Source: Clostridiales bacterium (GTDB lineage: Bacteria > Bacillota > Clostridia > Caldicoprobacterales > Xylanivirgaceae). Taken from it: a DNA stretch of 64,000 nucleotides. The notes beneath the pieces are model-generated. The model searched no databases. It worked only from the letters and a program-made list of their open reading frames with translations, and had not been told where the DNA came from. Positions 44,609 to 54,362 of the stretch are shown piece by piece; within the stretch, counting starts at the first letter, position 1, and every line of letters starts with the position of its first letter. The stretch is from assembly GCA_012799205.1 (NCBI GenBank), contig JAAZLT010000178.1, positions 13,213 to 77,212 on the forward strand. Direction: 5' to 3'. The position numbers and the translations under genes are program-made.

Positions 44609-46762
44609 TCATAGGCTACTACGATATTCACCAGGTGTTATACCTTCAATATTTTTAAAAACTTTTATAAAATAGGAAGGATAATCGAAACCGGCCCTCT
44701 CAGCAACTTCTTTAACAGTTAACCGTTCATCCTGCAATATTTGTTTAGCATGATCTATTCTCCTGTAGTTAATATAATCCGTATAATTCCTTCCAGTCAT
44801 CTCATTTATAATATTGCTAATATAATTGCGATTTAGATTGAAAATATCTGCTACTTTATTAAGGTTAATATCAGTCTGCGTATAATGTTTATCTATATAA
44901 TCTAAAATTTCATTGTGTAGTTTGGCCTTTTCATCTTTGCTATTTTTTATTACCTTTAGGCAGGCTTCTTCTAATATTTTCAAAATATAGGTCTTAATAT
45001 TTTCTATACTCTGAGCAGTTGATATATTAATATCTATAGGGTATTCTACTAATATAGACATTTTATTAATCTCCTTAAGTATCGAAGTTTCAAGACGATA
45101 AATACTATCTTTTGCGATGTTGTCATCTATGCTTAAATCGGGATTCATAAGATGTAGAAAGAAATCATCTAAAATCGATTTGCAAGATTCATAGCATCCT
45201 CCGGAGAGGGAATTTAGTATTTGTCTTTCAAAATGGCTAGGATAGCTATAGGTCTCCTTCCTATTTTCTATATCTACGAAATATAGTATATTAGAATCGG
45301 ATATAAGCCTATACTCGAATGTTTCAACACATTCCTTATATAGAGATGGGAGTAAATTAAAATGATCTCCTATAGTACTTATACCTAAATATATTTCTCC
45401 ATAAGATTTACCATCCATCTCTTCATATAACATACTTGCAATTTTCATATGTTGTTTGTAGCAGGCTGAATCAGAATGGTCATTTGCATAACAGATGGCG
45501 ATGGCGGTCAAATTTTTACCAGTTGTTATAATTTTCATTTCCAGATCTTCCTGCTCCATAATAGAATTAATATTATTATATAATGCTGTTTTATAATTGC
45601 CGAAGGCATCATTTTCTATTGCATCACTTACTTTGCTTGATAGCAATACAATCATTCCAAATTTTGCATTGCCCCTTTTAATCCATTCGTCTGCAAGCCC
45701 CTTTTTTATATCATCAGTAAAATATGCATCATCTGTTATGAAGTCCTCCCATAATTTCTCATCATATTTTGTCTCCATTCTGTTTATTGGAATTGTAAAA
45801 AATATAATAGCTATTAGGCTAAAGATCAACCAAAAAACTGATATCTTCAATAGCTGAGACAAATTTTTGATATAATTGTTTGGAACCTCAACACCAAAAT
45901 TGGTTTCAAGAATAAACGTTAGTTTAAGAGGTTTTGAATCATAGACCGAAGTGACAATTATATCGTTATTTTTTAGCCCACTCCAAGAGTTTTTAAATAA
46001 GACTCTCGCACTTTTTGCTAGCGTTTCGTCAAAGTTATCATTGGCTTCGTCTAAAGGAGTATTAGCACTCTGCATATTATCTACATAAAAGCGCATATTT
46101 GCAGTTTTACCAAACTTAGTTAGCATGTCATATCGTAAACGGTCTAAATCCACGTTCATCACCAAAAATGCAGTATTCTTTTGAGCATGAAGGGGTAATG
46201 AAGACACGATTGATAAAACTTGTTTTTTACTATTATCGTTTTCTACATTTCTAGGCCCGAGCGTATAATGTCCTATCTCTTTGATTTTACTGAAAACAAC
46301 CTGATCAGAGAATTTATCATATGATGATAGTTTATTAATATTATTAGAAGTACTGAAAACTTGGTTATAAGCTGGTATATATAAGTATGCCGACTGTATA
46401 TATGAGCTGGCAAGCACAATATTATACAATTCCTGAAAAACATTATTTTTATCATCGAAACTATTTTCATAGCCTTGAACCTGTCCCGTAAAACTTGTAT
46501 CGGCTAAAGTTGTTTTATATAGAGTAGTTTTTACATTTTTAATAACCGTCTCGTACGAAAATCCGATTTGGTTAATTAAATTGTCATTTGAGATTTTAAG
46601 TTGCTCAATATGGTTTTTCTGAACAAATGTAGAAAACAATAGAAAATTAGATATAGCGAACACCAAAATAAAGAAATAAATAGAAATAATTAATTTTCTT
46701 CTAATATTTCTCATTTTTAATAAATCTGTAATACTATCATATCGCTTATTAGAAAAATGCAT
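44609..46762 (-). CDS. Membrane-bound AraC-family transcriptional regulator with extracytoplasmic sensor region
   Basis: 717 aa. TM near aa 25-45, a ~260-aa external region, a second TM (~aa 300-320), a cytoplasmic linker, and a C-terminal AraC double HTH (YISNIINEMTGRNYTDYINYRRIDHAKQIL...GFDYPSYFIKVFKNIEGITPGEYR). Confidence 0.8.
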   Translation of the reverse strand: MHFSNKRYDSITDLLKMRNIRRKLIISIYFFILVFAISNFLLFSTFVQKNHIEQLKISNDNLINQIGFSYETVIKNVKTTLYKTTLADTSFTGQVQGYENSFDDKNNVFQELYNIVLASSYIQSAYLYIPAYNQVFSTSNNINKLSSYDKFSDQVVFSKIKEIGHYTLGPRNVENDNSKKQVLSIVSSLPLHAQKNTAFLVMNVDLDRLRYDMLTKFGKTANMRFYVDNMQSANTPLDEANDNFDETLAKSARVLFKNSWSGLKNNDIIVTSVYDSKPLKLTFILETNFGVEVPNNYIKNLSQLLKISVFWLIFSLIAIIFFTIPINRMETKYDEKLWEDFITDDAYFTDDIKKGLADEWIKRGNAKFGMIVLLSSKVSDAIENDAFGNYKTALYNNINSIMEQEDLEMKIITTGKNLTAIAICYANDHSDSACYKQHMKIASMLYEEMDGKSYGEIYLGISTIGDHFNLLPSLYKECVETFEYRLISDSNILYFVDIENRKETYSYPSHFERQILNSLSGGCYESCKSILDDFFLHLMNPDLSIDDNIAKDSIYRLETSILKEINKMSILVEYPIDINISTAQSIENIKTYILKILEEACLKVIKNSKDEKAKLHNEILDYIDKHYTQTDINLNKVADIFNLNRNYISNIINEMTGRNYTDYINYRRIDHAKQILQDERLTVKEVAERAGFDYPSYFIKVFKNIEGITPGEYRSSL

Positions 46763-47016
46763 TTAAAACCTTCCTTATATTATGCTAATTTCGATATTTA
46801 AACAATCCATACCCCATTTAAATTTGAAGACTTTATTTAGCTACGTCCGAACTATAATTTATGTCACTACTCCAATGGCTACGCTATGCTCAGCTAGGCT
46901 TGAGGATATAAATGATATCAATCTAAGGAGTATAATTATTATAGCAGTGAAGTTTGTGCAAGTCAACGGATTGAGTTGTTTGGCAGTTATTTCATATAAG
47001 TATATAGCCTCATAAA

Positions 47017-47059
47017 TATAAAGATGCCCACCAAATACTAGGATGCTTTTAAATAGTGT
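47017..47059 (-). terminator. Intrinsic terminator after the sugar-binding protein gene
   Basis: Minus RNA GCCCACCGAA-N23-UUUGGUGGGC followed by AUCUUUAUAUUUAU. Confidence 0.55.
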
Positions 47060-47122
47060 TCGGTGGGCTATGCCTTTTGTCCTATGCAGTATATTCAAGT
47101 CTGTCTAGGCATTAAATGAAAC

Positions 47123-48736
47123 TTACTTGTTTATGGCAGATTCCTTGATTATATTAATATATTCTTCATATGCAGGTATATATTCATTGTTTATAAAATC
47201 CATAAACTGATCACGAGTGATTTCATTACAAATGTATTTTGTTTCGTACTCGTCATATTTTGTATCTATACCCTCATCAGTAATTTTAACTAGAGCCTCA
47301 CTGATACCAGGTACTGCATTAGCACTTAGATAACTAATTCTGTTGGTCAATCCCCCTACTTCTTCTTCAGCCTGCAAGAATCGGTTAAGTTCCTCTTCAG
47401 TGTCACCTTTGGATACTAGCAAACCTTTATCTTCACGTTGGAAGTTAATTGAAGCGAAGTTTGATACAAAGTCTGCATTTTCTTTATTCTCTTCTGTCCT
47501 AGTAACAAATCTTCTTACAGGATCAAAGCTTTCATAAGTTATCCCTTCCATTCCTATAACCAGTAACTCATTACATTCGTCTGTATATCCATAGTCGAGA
47601 AATGCAATAGCATGATCTATATTTTCACTTTCTGCATTTACGGCATAATTCCCCCATACTTGTGGATTATAATATACATCTGCAACTGATTGACCTTCTT
47701 GTCTTAATGGCGGTCCAACGGTTAGCTTTGCTTCCGTGTCTACATCCTTGATCTTTTGGGTTCCGCCACCTACTAAATGATCATTAATTTTATTGGCATA
47801 TACGGCGCCTAATTTTCCTGCATTCCATTTATCGTCATCTTCATACGTAGTCGTAAGGTACCACTCCGGATCTAGCGCACCATTTTTATACATGTCACGT
47901 AGCCAATCTATAAATACCATGTACCCTTCTTGTGCTTGCATTATTTCATAATCCCCGTCTTCATTCGGTACGGATTCTGGCCTTATATTGAATCCGGAAA
48001 CTAGACTTCGATATAAAGGACCCATGGCTCTATTATAGGACCATCCAAATGTATCATCTTTGCCATTTCCATCTGGGTCTTCCTTTGCAAATGCTAACAT
48101 AGTCTTTGCAAATTCTTCGGGAGTCTCAGGCACTTTCATATCTAAGGCTTTGAGCCAATCTTCACGATAGATAATGCTATCATATGATTTTGTCTGAACT
48201 CGTGGTAATGAATATAAACCATTCTCTAAGCTTGGAACACGCACTACAGATAGTTCATCATCTGTTAGCACTTTGCTTGCATTGGGCATAGAGTCATTAA
48301 AATAATCATCTAATTCTAGCAATAATCCATCTTTAGCCCAGCCATGATAAAGTGCCCCAGTATTATTCAAGAATATAATATCAGGAAGATCACCCGATGC
48401 CATTACAATATTTAGACGGTCACCGTAATTATTTACAGGTGGTGCCTCTATCTCTATGATTGTGTTCGTCCTTTTGCCCCATTCCTCAATAATAGGATTA
48501 TCCTCTACAACATAAGTAGCGTTTAAACGCTGGATCATTCTAAGAGTCACAGGTTCCTGTTCAATCGGGTCCTTATCTTTTGATTCACCCTTGTCTTTTT
48601 CGATGCCACCTGCCCCTTCTTTTTGTTCATTGTCTTTGTCATCAGCCTTCTCTACTGTATCCTTACAAGCTATTACAGTAAAGATCATTATAATAACAAG
48701 CCCAATCAACACTGATTTTTTGAAAAGTTTATTCAT
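47123..48736 (-). CDS. Extracellular solute-binding lipoprotein (LplA-type carbohydrate ABC transporter)
   Basis: 537 aa with lipobox FTVIAC-KD and a Glu/Lys/Asp-rich linker, then a large family-1 SBP body. It is adjacent to two sugar permeases. Confidence 0.8.
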   Translation of the reverse strand: MNKLFKKSVLIGLVIIMIFTVIACKDTVEKADDKDNEQKEGAGGIEKDKGESKDKDPIEQEPVTLRMIQRLNATYVVEDNPIIEEWGKRTNTIIEIEAPPVNNYGDRLNIVMASGDLPDIIFLNNTGALYHGWAKDGLLLELDDYFNDSMPNASKVLTDDELSVVRVPSLENGLYSLPRVQTKSYDSIIYREDWLKALDMKVPETPEEFAKTMLAFAKEDPDGNGKDDTFGWSYNRAMGPLYRSLVSGFNIRPESVPNEDGDYEIMQAQEGYMVFIDWLRDMYKNGALDPEWYLTTTYEDDDKWNAGKLGAVYANKINDHLVGGGTQKIKDVDTEAKLTVGPPLRQEGQSVADVYYNPQVWGNYAVNAESENIDHAIAFLDYGYTDECNELLVIGMEGITYESFDPVRRFVTRTEENKENADFVSNFASINFQREDKGLLVSKGDTEEELNRFLQAEEEVGGLTNRISYLSANAVPGISEALVKITDEGIDTKYDEYETKYICNEITRDQFMDFINNEYIPAYEEYINIIKESAINK

Positions 48737-48820
48737 TTTCTAAGTCCTCCTTATAAATTAATGATTTCATATTGAAAGTGCATAATTATGTTTGAATTTA
48801 ATGCACATAGCAATATCGTT

Positions 48821-49771
48821 TTAAAATAATGCTTCCCCACGGAGCCTATTGGCAATTCGGTTAGTAGAGAAAAGCATTATCGCTGCTACAAGGGATTTAA
48901 ACAATCCGACCGCTGTCGAATAGGAGTATCTGCCCCCCACTATTCCAATTCTATAAGTATAAGTCTCAAATACCTCAGACACTGAAATATTTAATCCATT
49001 CTGAAAAAGGTATATTTGTTCAAACCCATTATTCATGAGGCCACCTACAGCTAAAATCAGCGTTACCACTATAGTGCTAGCAAGACTAGGTAAAGTTATA
49101 TACAACAGCTGCTGATACCGATTTGCGCCATCCATAATTGCGGCCTCATAGTATTCCGGATTTATAGATGATAATGCAGCAAGATAGATAATTGTCCCCC
49201 ACCCTGCTTCCTTCCATATATTCCCGGCTATAATCACAGTTCTAAACCACTCAGCAGATCCCAAAAAATTAATTTTCTGACCTATCAAACTATCCATAAG
49301 TATGTTTATTAGGCCGTCATTAACTGATAGGAAATTTGTTAAGATTCCACCTAAAACAACCCAAGATATGAAATGCGGTAGATACATAAGTGTCTGGAAC
49401 ATACGCTTAAACTTTTCAGCCCTAATCTCATTTAATAACAAAGCCAATATAATGGGTATGGGAAACGTAATTACAAGCCTTGCAACACTCAACAACAATG
49501 AATTTTGTAAAACAGCATAAAACTTTTCGCTCCCGAATAATTGCCTAAAGTTAGCAAAGTTATTTAATGGACTCTTTAAAATTCCTAACTTGAAACTAAA
49601 ATCTTTAAAAGCCAAAGTTATACCATATAGGGGTATATATTTAAAAATCAAAAGGTATATAAGTCCTGGTATACACATCAGGTACTGGTAGCGGTTTCTA
49701 AATATATAGGATTTTAAACTGCCCGATCTTCGGGAAAAATCTTTATTTATTTTAGATGTTAATCCCTTCAT
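48821..49771 (-). CDS. Carbohydrate ABC transporter permease (LplB-type)
   Basis: 316 aa with 6 TM. EAA loop EYYEAAIMDGANRYQQLLYITLP. Confidence 0.85.
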   Translation of the reverse strand: MKGLTSKINKDFSRRSGSLKSYIFRNRYQYLMCIPGLIYLLIFKYIPLYGITLAFKDFSFKLGILKSPLNNFANFRQLFGSEKFYAVLQNSLLLSVARLVITFPIPIILALLLNEIRAEKFKRMFQTLMYLPHFISWVVLGGILTNFLSVNDGLINILMDSLIGQKINFLGSAEWFRTVIIAGNIWKEAGWGTIIYLAALSSINPEYYEAAIMDGANRYQQLLYITLPSLASTIVVTLILAVGGLMNNGFEQIYLFQNGLNISVSEVFETYTYRIGIVGGRYSYSTAVGLFKSLVAAIMLFSTNRIANRLRGEALF

Positions 49772-49814
49772 ACTTTTCCTCCTTGATATTTTGTTTAATA
49801 CAATAACCTAAGAC

Positions 49815-50774
49815 CTATTCTTTGACGCCACCCAAAACTAATCCAGTCATGAAGTATTTCTGAAGAAATGGATAGACACACATAATAGGCAAAGTAGCTA
49901 TAACAATCGAAGACATTTTCAAAGTAAATGGCTGTGTAATGCGCTCCTCAGCTGCCATTCCATGTTGCATCTCAGCAGCAGCCGATTCAAAAACAATCTC
50001 ACGCAACACCAATTGTAGAGGCCATTTATCCCGCTTTGTCAAATATATAATAGCTGTAAAATAGGTATTCCAATAGCCCACTACAGTGAACAACCCCAAT
50101 GTAGCCAATATAGGCAAACATAATGGCAATATTATCTTAAAAAGAGTCTGCACGTCATTCGCGCCATCAATTAGTGCAGCCTCTTCTATAGATGTTGGTA
50201 GACCCGAAATGTAGTTTATCATCAATATTAGATTATAAGTCCCCAATAAACTAGGTAAAATGATAGACCATAGATTATTCAAAAGTCCAAGATTGCGTAT
50301 TAAAAAATAATTTGGTATCATCCCTCCGCCAAAAAACATCGTTATGATCCAAAGAACCATTATCATTTTGCGCCCTTTTAAATTTCTTTTAGTTAATGGA
50401 TAAGCAGTCATTACAAGCAAAGCCATTGAGCATATTGTACCAATCAAAGCTATGAATAATGTGTTTTTATAGCCAGTCCAAATATATCTATAATCCATTG
50501 CCATTTTATAAGCATTTAAAGTTGGATTTTTTAGTATTAAACTAAATGGATTCTGTAGATATTCTTCATAAGGAGTAATGGAATATTTTATTACATAAAT
50601 AAATGGTGTTACACAAATAATAGCAAATAATCCCGCTATTATAAATGATATACCTGATATGGTTATATCATCCCAACTTGCATTGTCAGCCTTAAAGAAA
50701 TTAATCATTTTAGTTTTTCTATTTGCATACCTGGTTCCCATATAAATAATTATCCTCCATTTCGCATCTGTCAA
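49815..50774 (-). CDS. Carbohydrate ABC transporter permease (LplC-type)
   Basis: EAA loop IEEAALIDGANDVQTLFKIILP with 6 TM. The real start is probably one of the internal Met codons (MGTRY... or MINFF...). Confidence 0.85.
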   Translation of the reverse strand: MTDAKWRIIIYMGTRYANRKTKMINFFKADNASWDDITISGISFIIAGLFAIICVTPFIYVIKYSITPYEEYLQNPFSLILKNPTLNAYKMAMDYRYIWTGYKNTLFIALIGTICSMALLVMTAYPLTKRNLKGRKMIMVLWIITMFFGGGMIPNYFLIRNLGLLNNLWSIILPSLLGTYNLILMINYISGLPTSIEEAALIDGANDVQTLFKIILPLCLPILATLGLFTVVGYWNTYFTAIIYLTKRDKWPLQLVLREIVFESAAAEMQHGMAAEERITQPFTLKMSSIVIATLPIMCVYPFLQKYFMTGLVLGGVKE

Positions 50775-51046
50775 TTCATCAATTCATATCTATAAAGATA
50801 GTGCTAACGAACATTCATTTCAGCGGTTTATATTCTAGCTGACTTTATATAAAATGTAAATAATCATTCCTCCAAAAGTAACAAAAATGCCTCCAATGAT
50901 ACATTGTAGCATTTTTGTTATCCTAACCAATATTGGTATGCTATGCAAATTATCTACTCTAAACCCCATCTATTTCTGCAGTACCTGCCACTTCTTTTAC
51001 CTTCATCTCACTTGTTGCATAGTCTATAATATTTATAATATCTGCA

Positions 51047-51187
51047 TCATTCTCTATCAAAATAATGATCCTGACATATACTGCCTGTAGACCTTACTCC
51101 ACCATTGATATACTTTTTTATCGCATCATCACAGGCACTCTGGGTCCCTGCCACCACTCCAATTTCATTTTCATTAAATATACCCTG
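51047..51187 (-). pseudogene. Relic of a NifX-family gene (C-terminal ~46 codons only)
   Basis: The minus-strand reading QGIFNENEIGVVAGTQSACDDAIKKYINGGVRSTGSICQDHYFDRE* aligns with the C-terminus of 40333-40689 (QTIFDKNGIEVVVGAQGLCDDVIEKYIKGQLKSTESICHEHYLDQK*). A stop precedes it. Confidence 0.65.
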
Positions 51188-51343
51188 TCATCTGATTCGT
51201 AGTGTCAAATATATTGACTATTAAATCTATATAATTATTGGTAGCAGCAGGGTATAGTGACCTCTCATCTACATTCCTCCCCTGAAGATACCAAAATAAC
51301 TGCTATAGCTATAAAAAACATCGTAATTAATATTATGGAGCTT

Positions 51344-51426
51344 ATGGTAAAGTTTATTTAGGATTGGTAATGCTTGTTGGCCACAGTTCGAAACTTAGTA
51401 TTACCTGCATAAATAGACTTTACCAT
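51344..51426. other. Long imperfect hairpin (~83 nt) in non-coding DNA
   Basis: ATGGTAAAGT/ACTTTACCAT, TATTTA/TAAATA and GGTAAT/ATTACC are nested inverted repeats. No ORF and no obvious terminator tail. Confidence 0.4.
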
Positions 51427-51671
51427 TAAATCCATAATAATACTTATTTGCTCTGACGCTTAGAAATTTAAATAAAATTGACAATGATCACCCGCACATT
51501 ATATGGTATAGGTGTAAGTCCCGCCATAAAATATACGAGGTGACCACTGTAAAACTTATTATACCGTCTTTATTAAATTCAATTAAGTTCCTAATCGATA
51601 TCTTTTTTAAAAACCAATGTTTCCTCACAAATAAATATATGAAAAATTCTCCATGAGTTATAGGACTTTAT

Positions 51672-52466
51672 TTAAACATCTATATTCAGTAGCTTACATG
51701 CATTTTCATACAGAATTAGCCTAAGCTCCTCTTCAGATAGTCCTAAGCTCAATATATTTTCCAATTCCCCTTCATGTGTCCACATGGGATAGTCCACACC
51801 AAATAATATCTTATCAGCTCCATGGGTCCTTATCATATCCACCATCTTTTGTTTATCTAAAAACTCCATAGTGCTCGAAGTATCAAAGTAAACATCCCTG
51901 CCTACAAGAAAATCCCCAGACTCTCCCCATCTCATATAGCCCCCCATATGAGCTGCAATAATAGTTAGATCGGGAAATATATCAAGCACTCTGGCAAGTC
52001 TTCTAGGTGTAGAATATGTCTTATTCTCATCTCCCATATGCATAAGTATGGGAAGTCTATCTCCTATAATCCTATATATAGGTATCATATTCTCCCCGTC
52101 TATATTAAATCTTTGAAAATCTGGATGGAGTTTTATACCCTTAAATCCAAGAGATATAAGCCTTTCTATTTCCCCTGGTATATCTTCCAAATCTGGGTGC
52201 ACAGTTCCAAACCCTATAAATCTACTATCTGCCTCTTTCACTGATGCAATAAAATTATTTACAGACACTACTTGATCAGCTCTGGTGGCTGTTGAATGTA
52301 TTACATATCTTTTAGTGCCTATTTTCTCTCCCTTTTCTAAAAGATCTTGTACTGTACCGTCTCCATACATCTCAATGCCGTAATAGTCTCCGGTAGATGA
52401 AGATGCTTTCTTGGCGATCTTCTCTGGAAATACATGTGCATGTATGTCTATTATACTTCTATCCAT
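51672..52466 (-). CDS. Amidohydrolase-2 family metal-dependent hydrolase (TIM barrel)
   Basis: 264 aa. N-terminal IIDIHAHVFPEKIA, internal ILMHMG and AAHMGG, C-terminal ILFGVDYPMW. Confidence 0.75.
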   Translation of the reverse strand: MDRSIIDIHAHVFPEKIAKKASSSTGDYYGIEMYGDGTVQDLLEKGEKIGTKRYVIHSTATRADQVVSVNNFIASVKEADSRFIGFGTVHPDLEDIPGEIERLISLGFKGIKLHPDFQRFNIDGENMIPIYRIIGDRLPILMHMGDENKTYSTPRRLARVLDIFPDLTIIAAHMGGYMRWGESGDFLVGRDVYFDTSSTMEFLDKQKMVDMIRTHGADKILFGVDYPMWTHEGELENILSLGLSEEELRLILYENACKLLNIDV

Positions 52467-52495
52467 ATATCCTTCACCTTCGTTATAATTTCAAA

Positions 52496-54337
52496 TTATT
52501 TGCACTCTCGTATAAGCTTATCAAAATTAAGGTATAGCTCTTTACCTTCATGAGATATGTATATCTCCTCTGGCTTTCTTGGGACCTTACCATATGGTGA
52601 TTCAAGCCTATCGTAGTTAGTTTTCACTACTTCCCCATTTAATGTAAACTCACCCTTGTATGTTAGGCTATAGGTATCTTTCCCCTTATATTTTAGCTGA
52701 CTCTTACTAAATTCTACTTCCCTAGTTTTTATATCATCTATAAATTTATCAAAAGATGAATAAGAATCAGATGTACCAATTTCACATATCCAATAAGTCA
52801 CCTTTCCCCCTTGTATTATATCCGCCGAATCCTTGGGGTTTATATTCAATCCATTGCGGCCTATTAGTGCTATAAATACATTTCCCAAAGCTCCGAATAT
52901 ATAATTATTGTCAAGCTTAAACTTGTCAAACTTTTCAGTGGGAAAGTATGCATGGGTGAATTGCGCCCGCTTTGTTTCCATAAATCCTTTGCGCCCTCTA
53001 AGATCATATATACTCATATGCACATTTTTATGCTGCACTGAATGGGGTAAAATGCCACTGCCAACCCAGTAGCTAGGAGAGAAGTTTCTATCATCGTCTG
53101 AAAAGGCTGAAACGCTAGGATGGGTTGTAAATACGGTGACAGAGTCAGACAGTGTTGCCTGCCATATATGTTGCTGATCGGCAAATTCACCTGGGTGGTA
53201 GCCTTGAGCTGTGGATAACATATAATCCTTTGTCTTATATGTATACGTATTTGCCCTTTGGATAGCTATACCTTGGGTTACAGGATTTAAAAGTCTTATT
53301 ATAAAGGGTAAAAGCCCACTTTTTCTAAGTATCTTATAATTTATCATCTTAAGGTCTGCAAGAAAATTATTTTCATACAGGTTCCATTCATTAAATATCT
53401 TTAGTGCCATATCAATAGACTCTGGATTTGTAAAACTCTCCATAGCCCATAGAAACATTCCTGTAGTATCTATATCTTCTAATTCTTCAAATTCATATTG
53501 TATTTCGTCTAAGTTTAACCCCATAGAACCCTTAATTTCTACATCTCTAGTATCTTGTCCTATCTTTTTTATCACCTCTGGTATATCATATTCTTTCATA
53601 AGAAGGAAGCTTGCAGAGGTTCTGCTATAGTCATATGTCTCTAAGTTGCCATGCTGCCATACGGCCTCGGCTATTTGCAATGTGCCGTGTCTCAATGGGT
53701 TCTTTTTTTGCATTTCATAGCACCTACCGCTAGTTGCACAAAACAGCCCTTTCCAGGAATGCATAGCCATATCCAGTAGCAAAAGATCCATTATCATCTT
53801 AGATCTTTGAACGATTTTCTCATCCTCACAAAAATCTATTAATATAGATAGAGCCGCCACATCCTCTTCATAATATGTATTAGAATGCCACTCTATAAAT
53901 CCATATGTGAATCTATCATATAGCCAACGCTCTATTCTTTGCTTTGCCTTCTCTATATGTTCTTTTCCTGTCATATCTGCATTTGTAAATATCTCCTCGG
54001 GATAGAGTTGTCCTGCAAGATATTCAACCGCCGCAAAAAGTATCTGATGATTTTCAGACCAATAGCACATGCTATCTATACCTGGTTCATCCATCCAATA
54101 TTTAAAATTTAGTATAGCATCTTTCATATATTCTATTGTTTCTTTACTAATAAGATTAGTATAATCATATAGTGTCCGGATGATTGCCACCAGTCGAAAA
54201 TCTGCACAATCGTATCTTCTATCTATATAATCGCATATAAGCCTTATCTGAGCTTCATCTATAGTCTTACCCTCATCTAACTGCTTAATACCAGAAAAAC
54301 ACGCCGGTCCCATCTTAATAGTCATATCAGGTTGCAT
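52496..54337 (-). CDS. Hypothetical protein, possibly heparinase II/III-like polysaccharide lyase fold
   Basis: 613 aa. An alpha-helical N-half (WSENHQILFAAVEYLAGQ..., IEWHSNTYYEEDV) and a beta-rich C-half recall the alpha/alpha-toroid plus beta-sandwich lyases. The family assignment is not secure. Confidence 0.35.
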   Translation of the reverse strand: MQPDMTIKMGPACFSGIKQLDEGKTIDEAQIRLICDYIDRRYDCADFRLVAIIRTLYDYTNLISKETIEYMKDAILNFKYWMDEPGIDSMCYWSENHQILFAAVEYLAGQLYPEEIFTNADMTGKEHIEKAKQRIERWLYDRFTYGFIEWHSNTYYEEDVAALSILIDFCEDEKIVQRSKMIMDLLLLDMAMHSWKGLFCATSGRCYEMQKKNPLRHGTLQIAEAVWQHGNLETYDYSRTSASFLLMKEYDIPEVIKKIGQDTRDVEIKGSMGLNLDEIQYEFEELEDIDTTGMFLWAMESFTNPESIDMALKIFNEWNLYENNFLADLKMINYKILRKSGLLPFIIRLLNPVTQGIAIQRANTYTYKTKDYMLSTAQGYHPGEFADQQHIWQATLSDSVTVFTTHPSVSAFSDDDRNFSPSYWVGSGILPHSVQHKNVHMSIYDLRGRKGFMETKRAQFTHAYFPTEKFDKFKLDNNYIFGALGNVFIALIGRNGLNINPKDSADIIQGGKVTYWICEIGTSDSYSSFDKFIDDIKTREVEFSKSQLKYKGKDTYSLTYKGEFTLNGEVVKTNYDRLESPYGKVPRKPEEIYISHEGKELYLNFDKLIRECK

Positions 54338-54362
54338 ATATTCTCCTCCTCGTATATTTTCC

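Noticed and set aside
46782-47098. Overlapping 77-aa (+) and 79-aa (-) ORFs between the AraC regulator and the SBP gene
   Set aside because: They overlap each other on opposite strands within an intergenic region that also contains the SBP terminator. Neither has an RBS, and both have low-complexity composition.
50887-51090. 67-aa plus-strand ORF
   Set aside because: It lies opposite the nifX-like relic and debris. It is Cys/Ile/Tyr-rich nonsense with no RBS.
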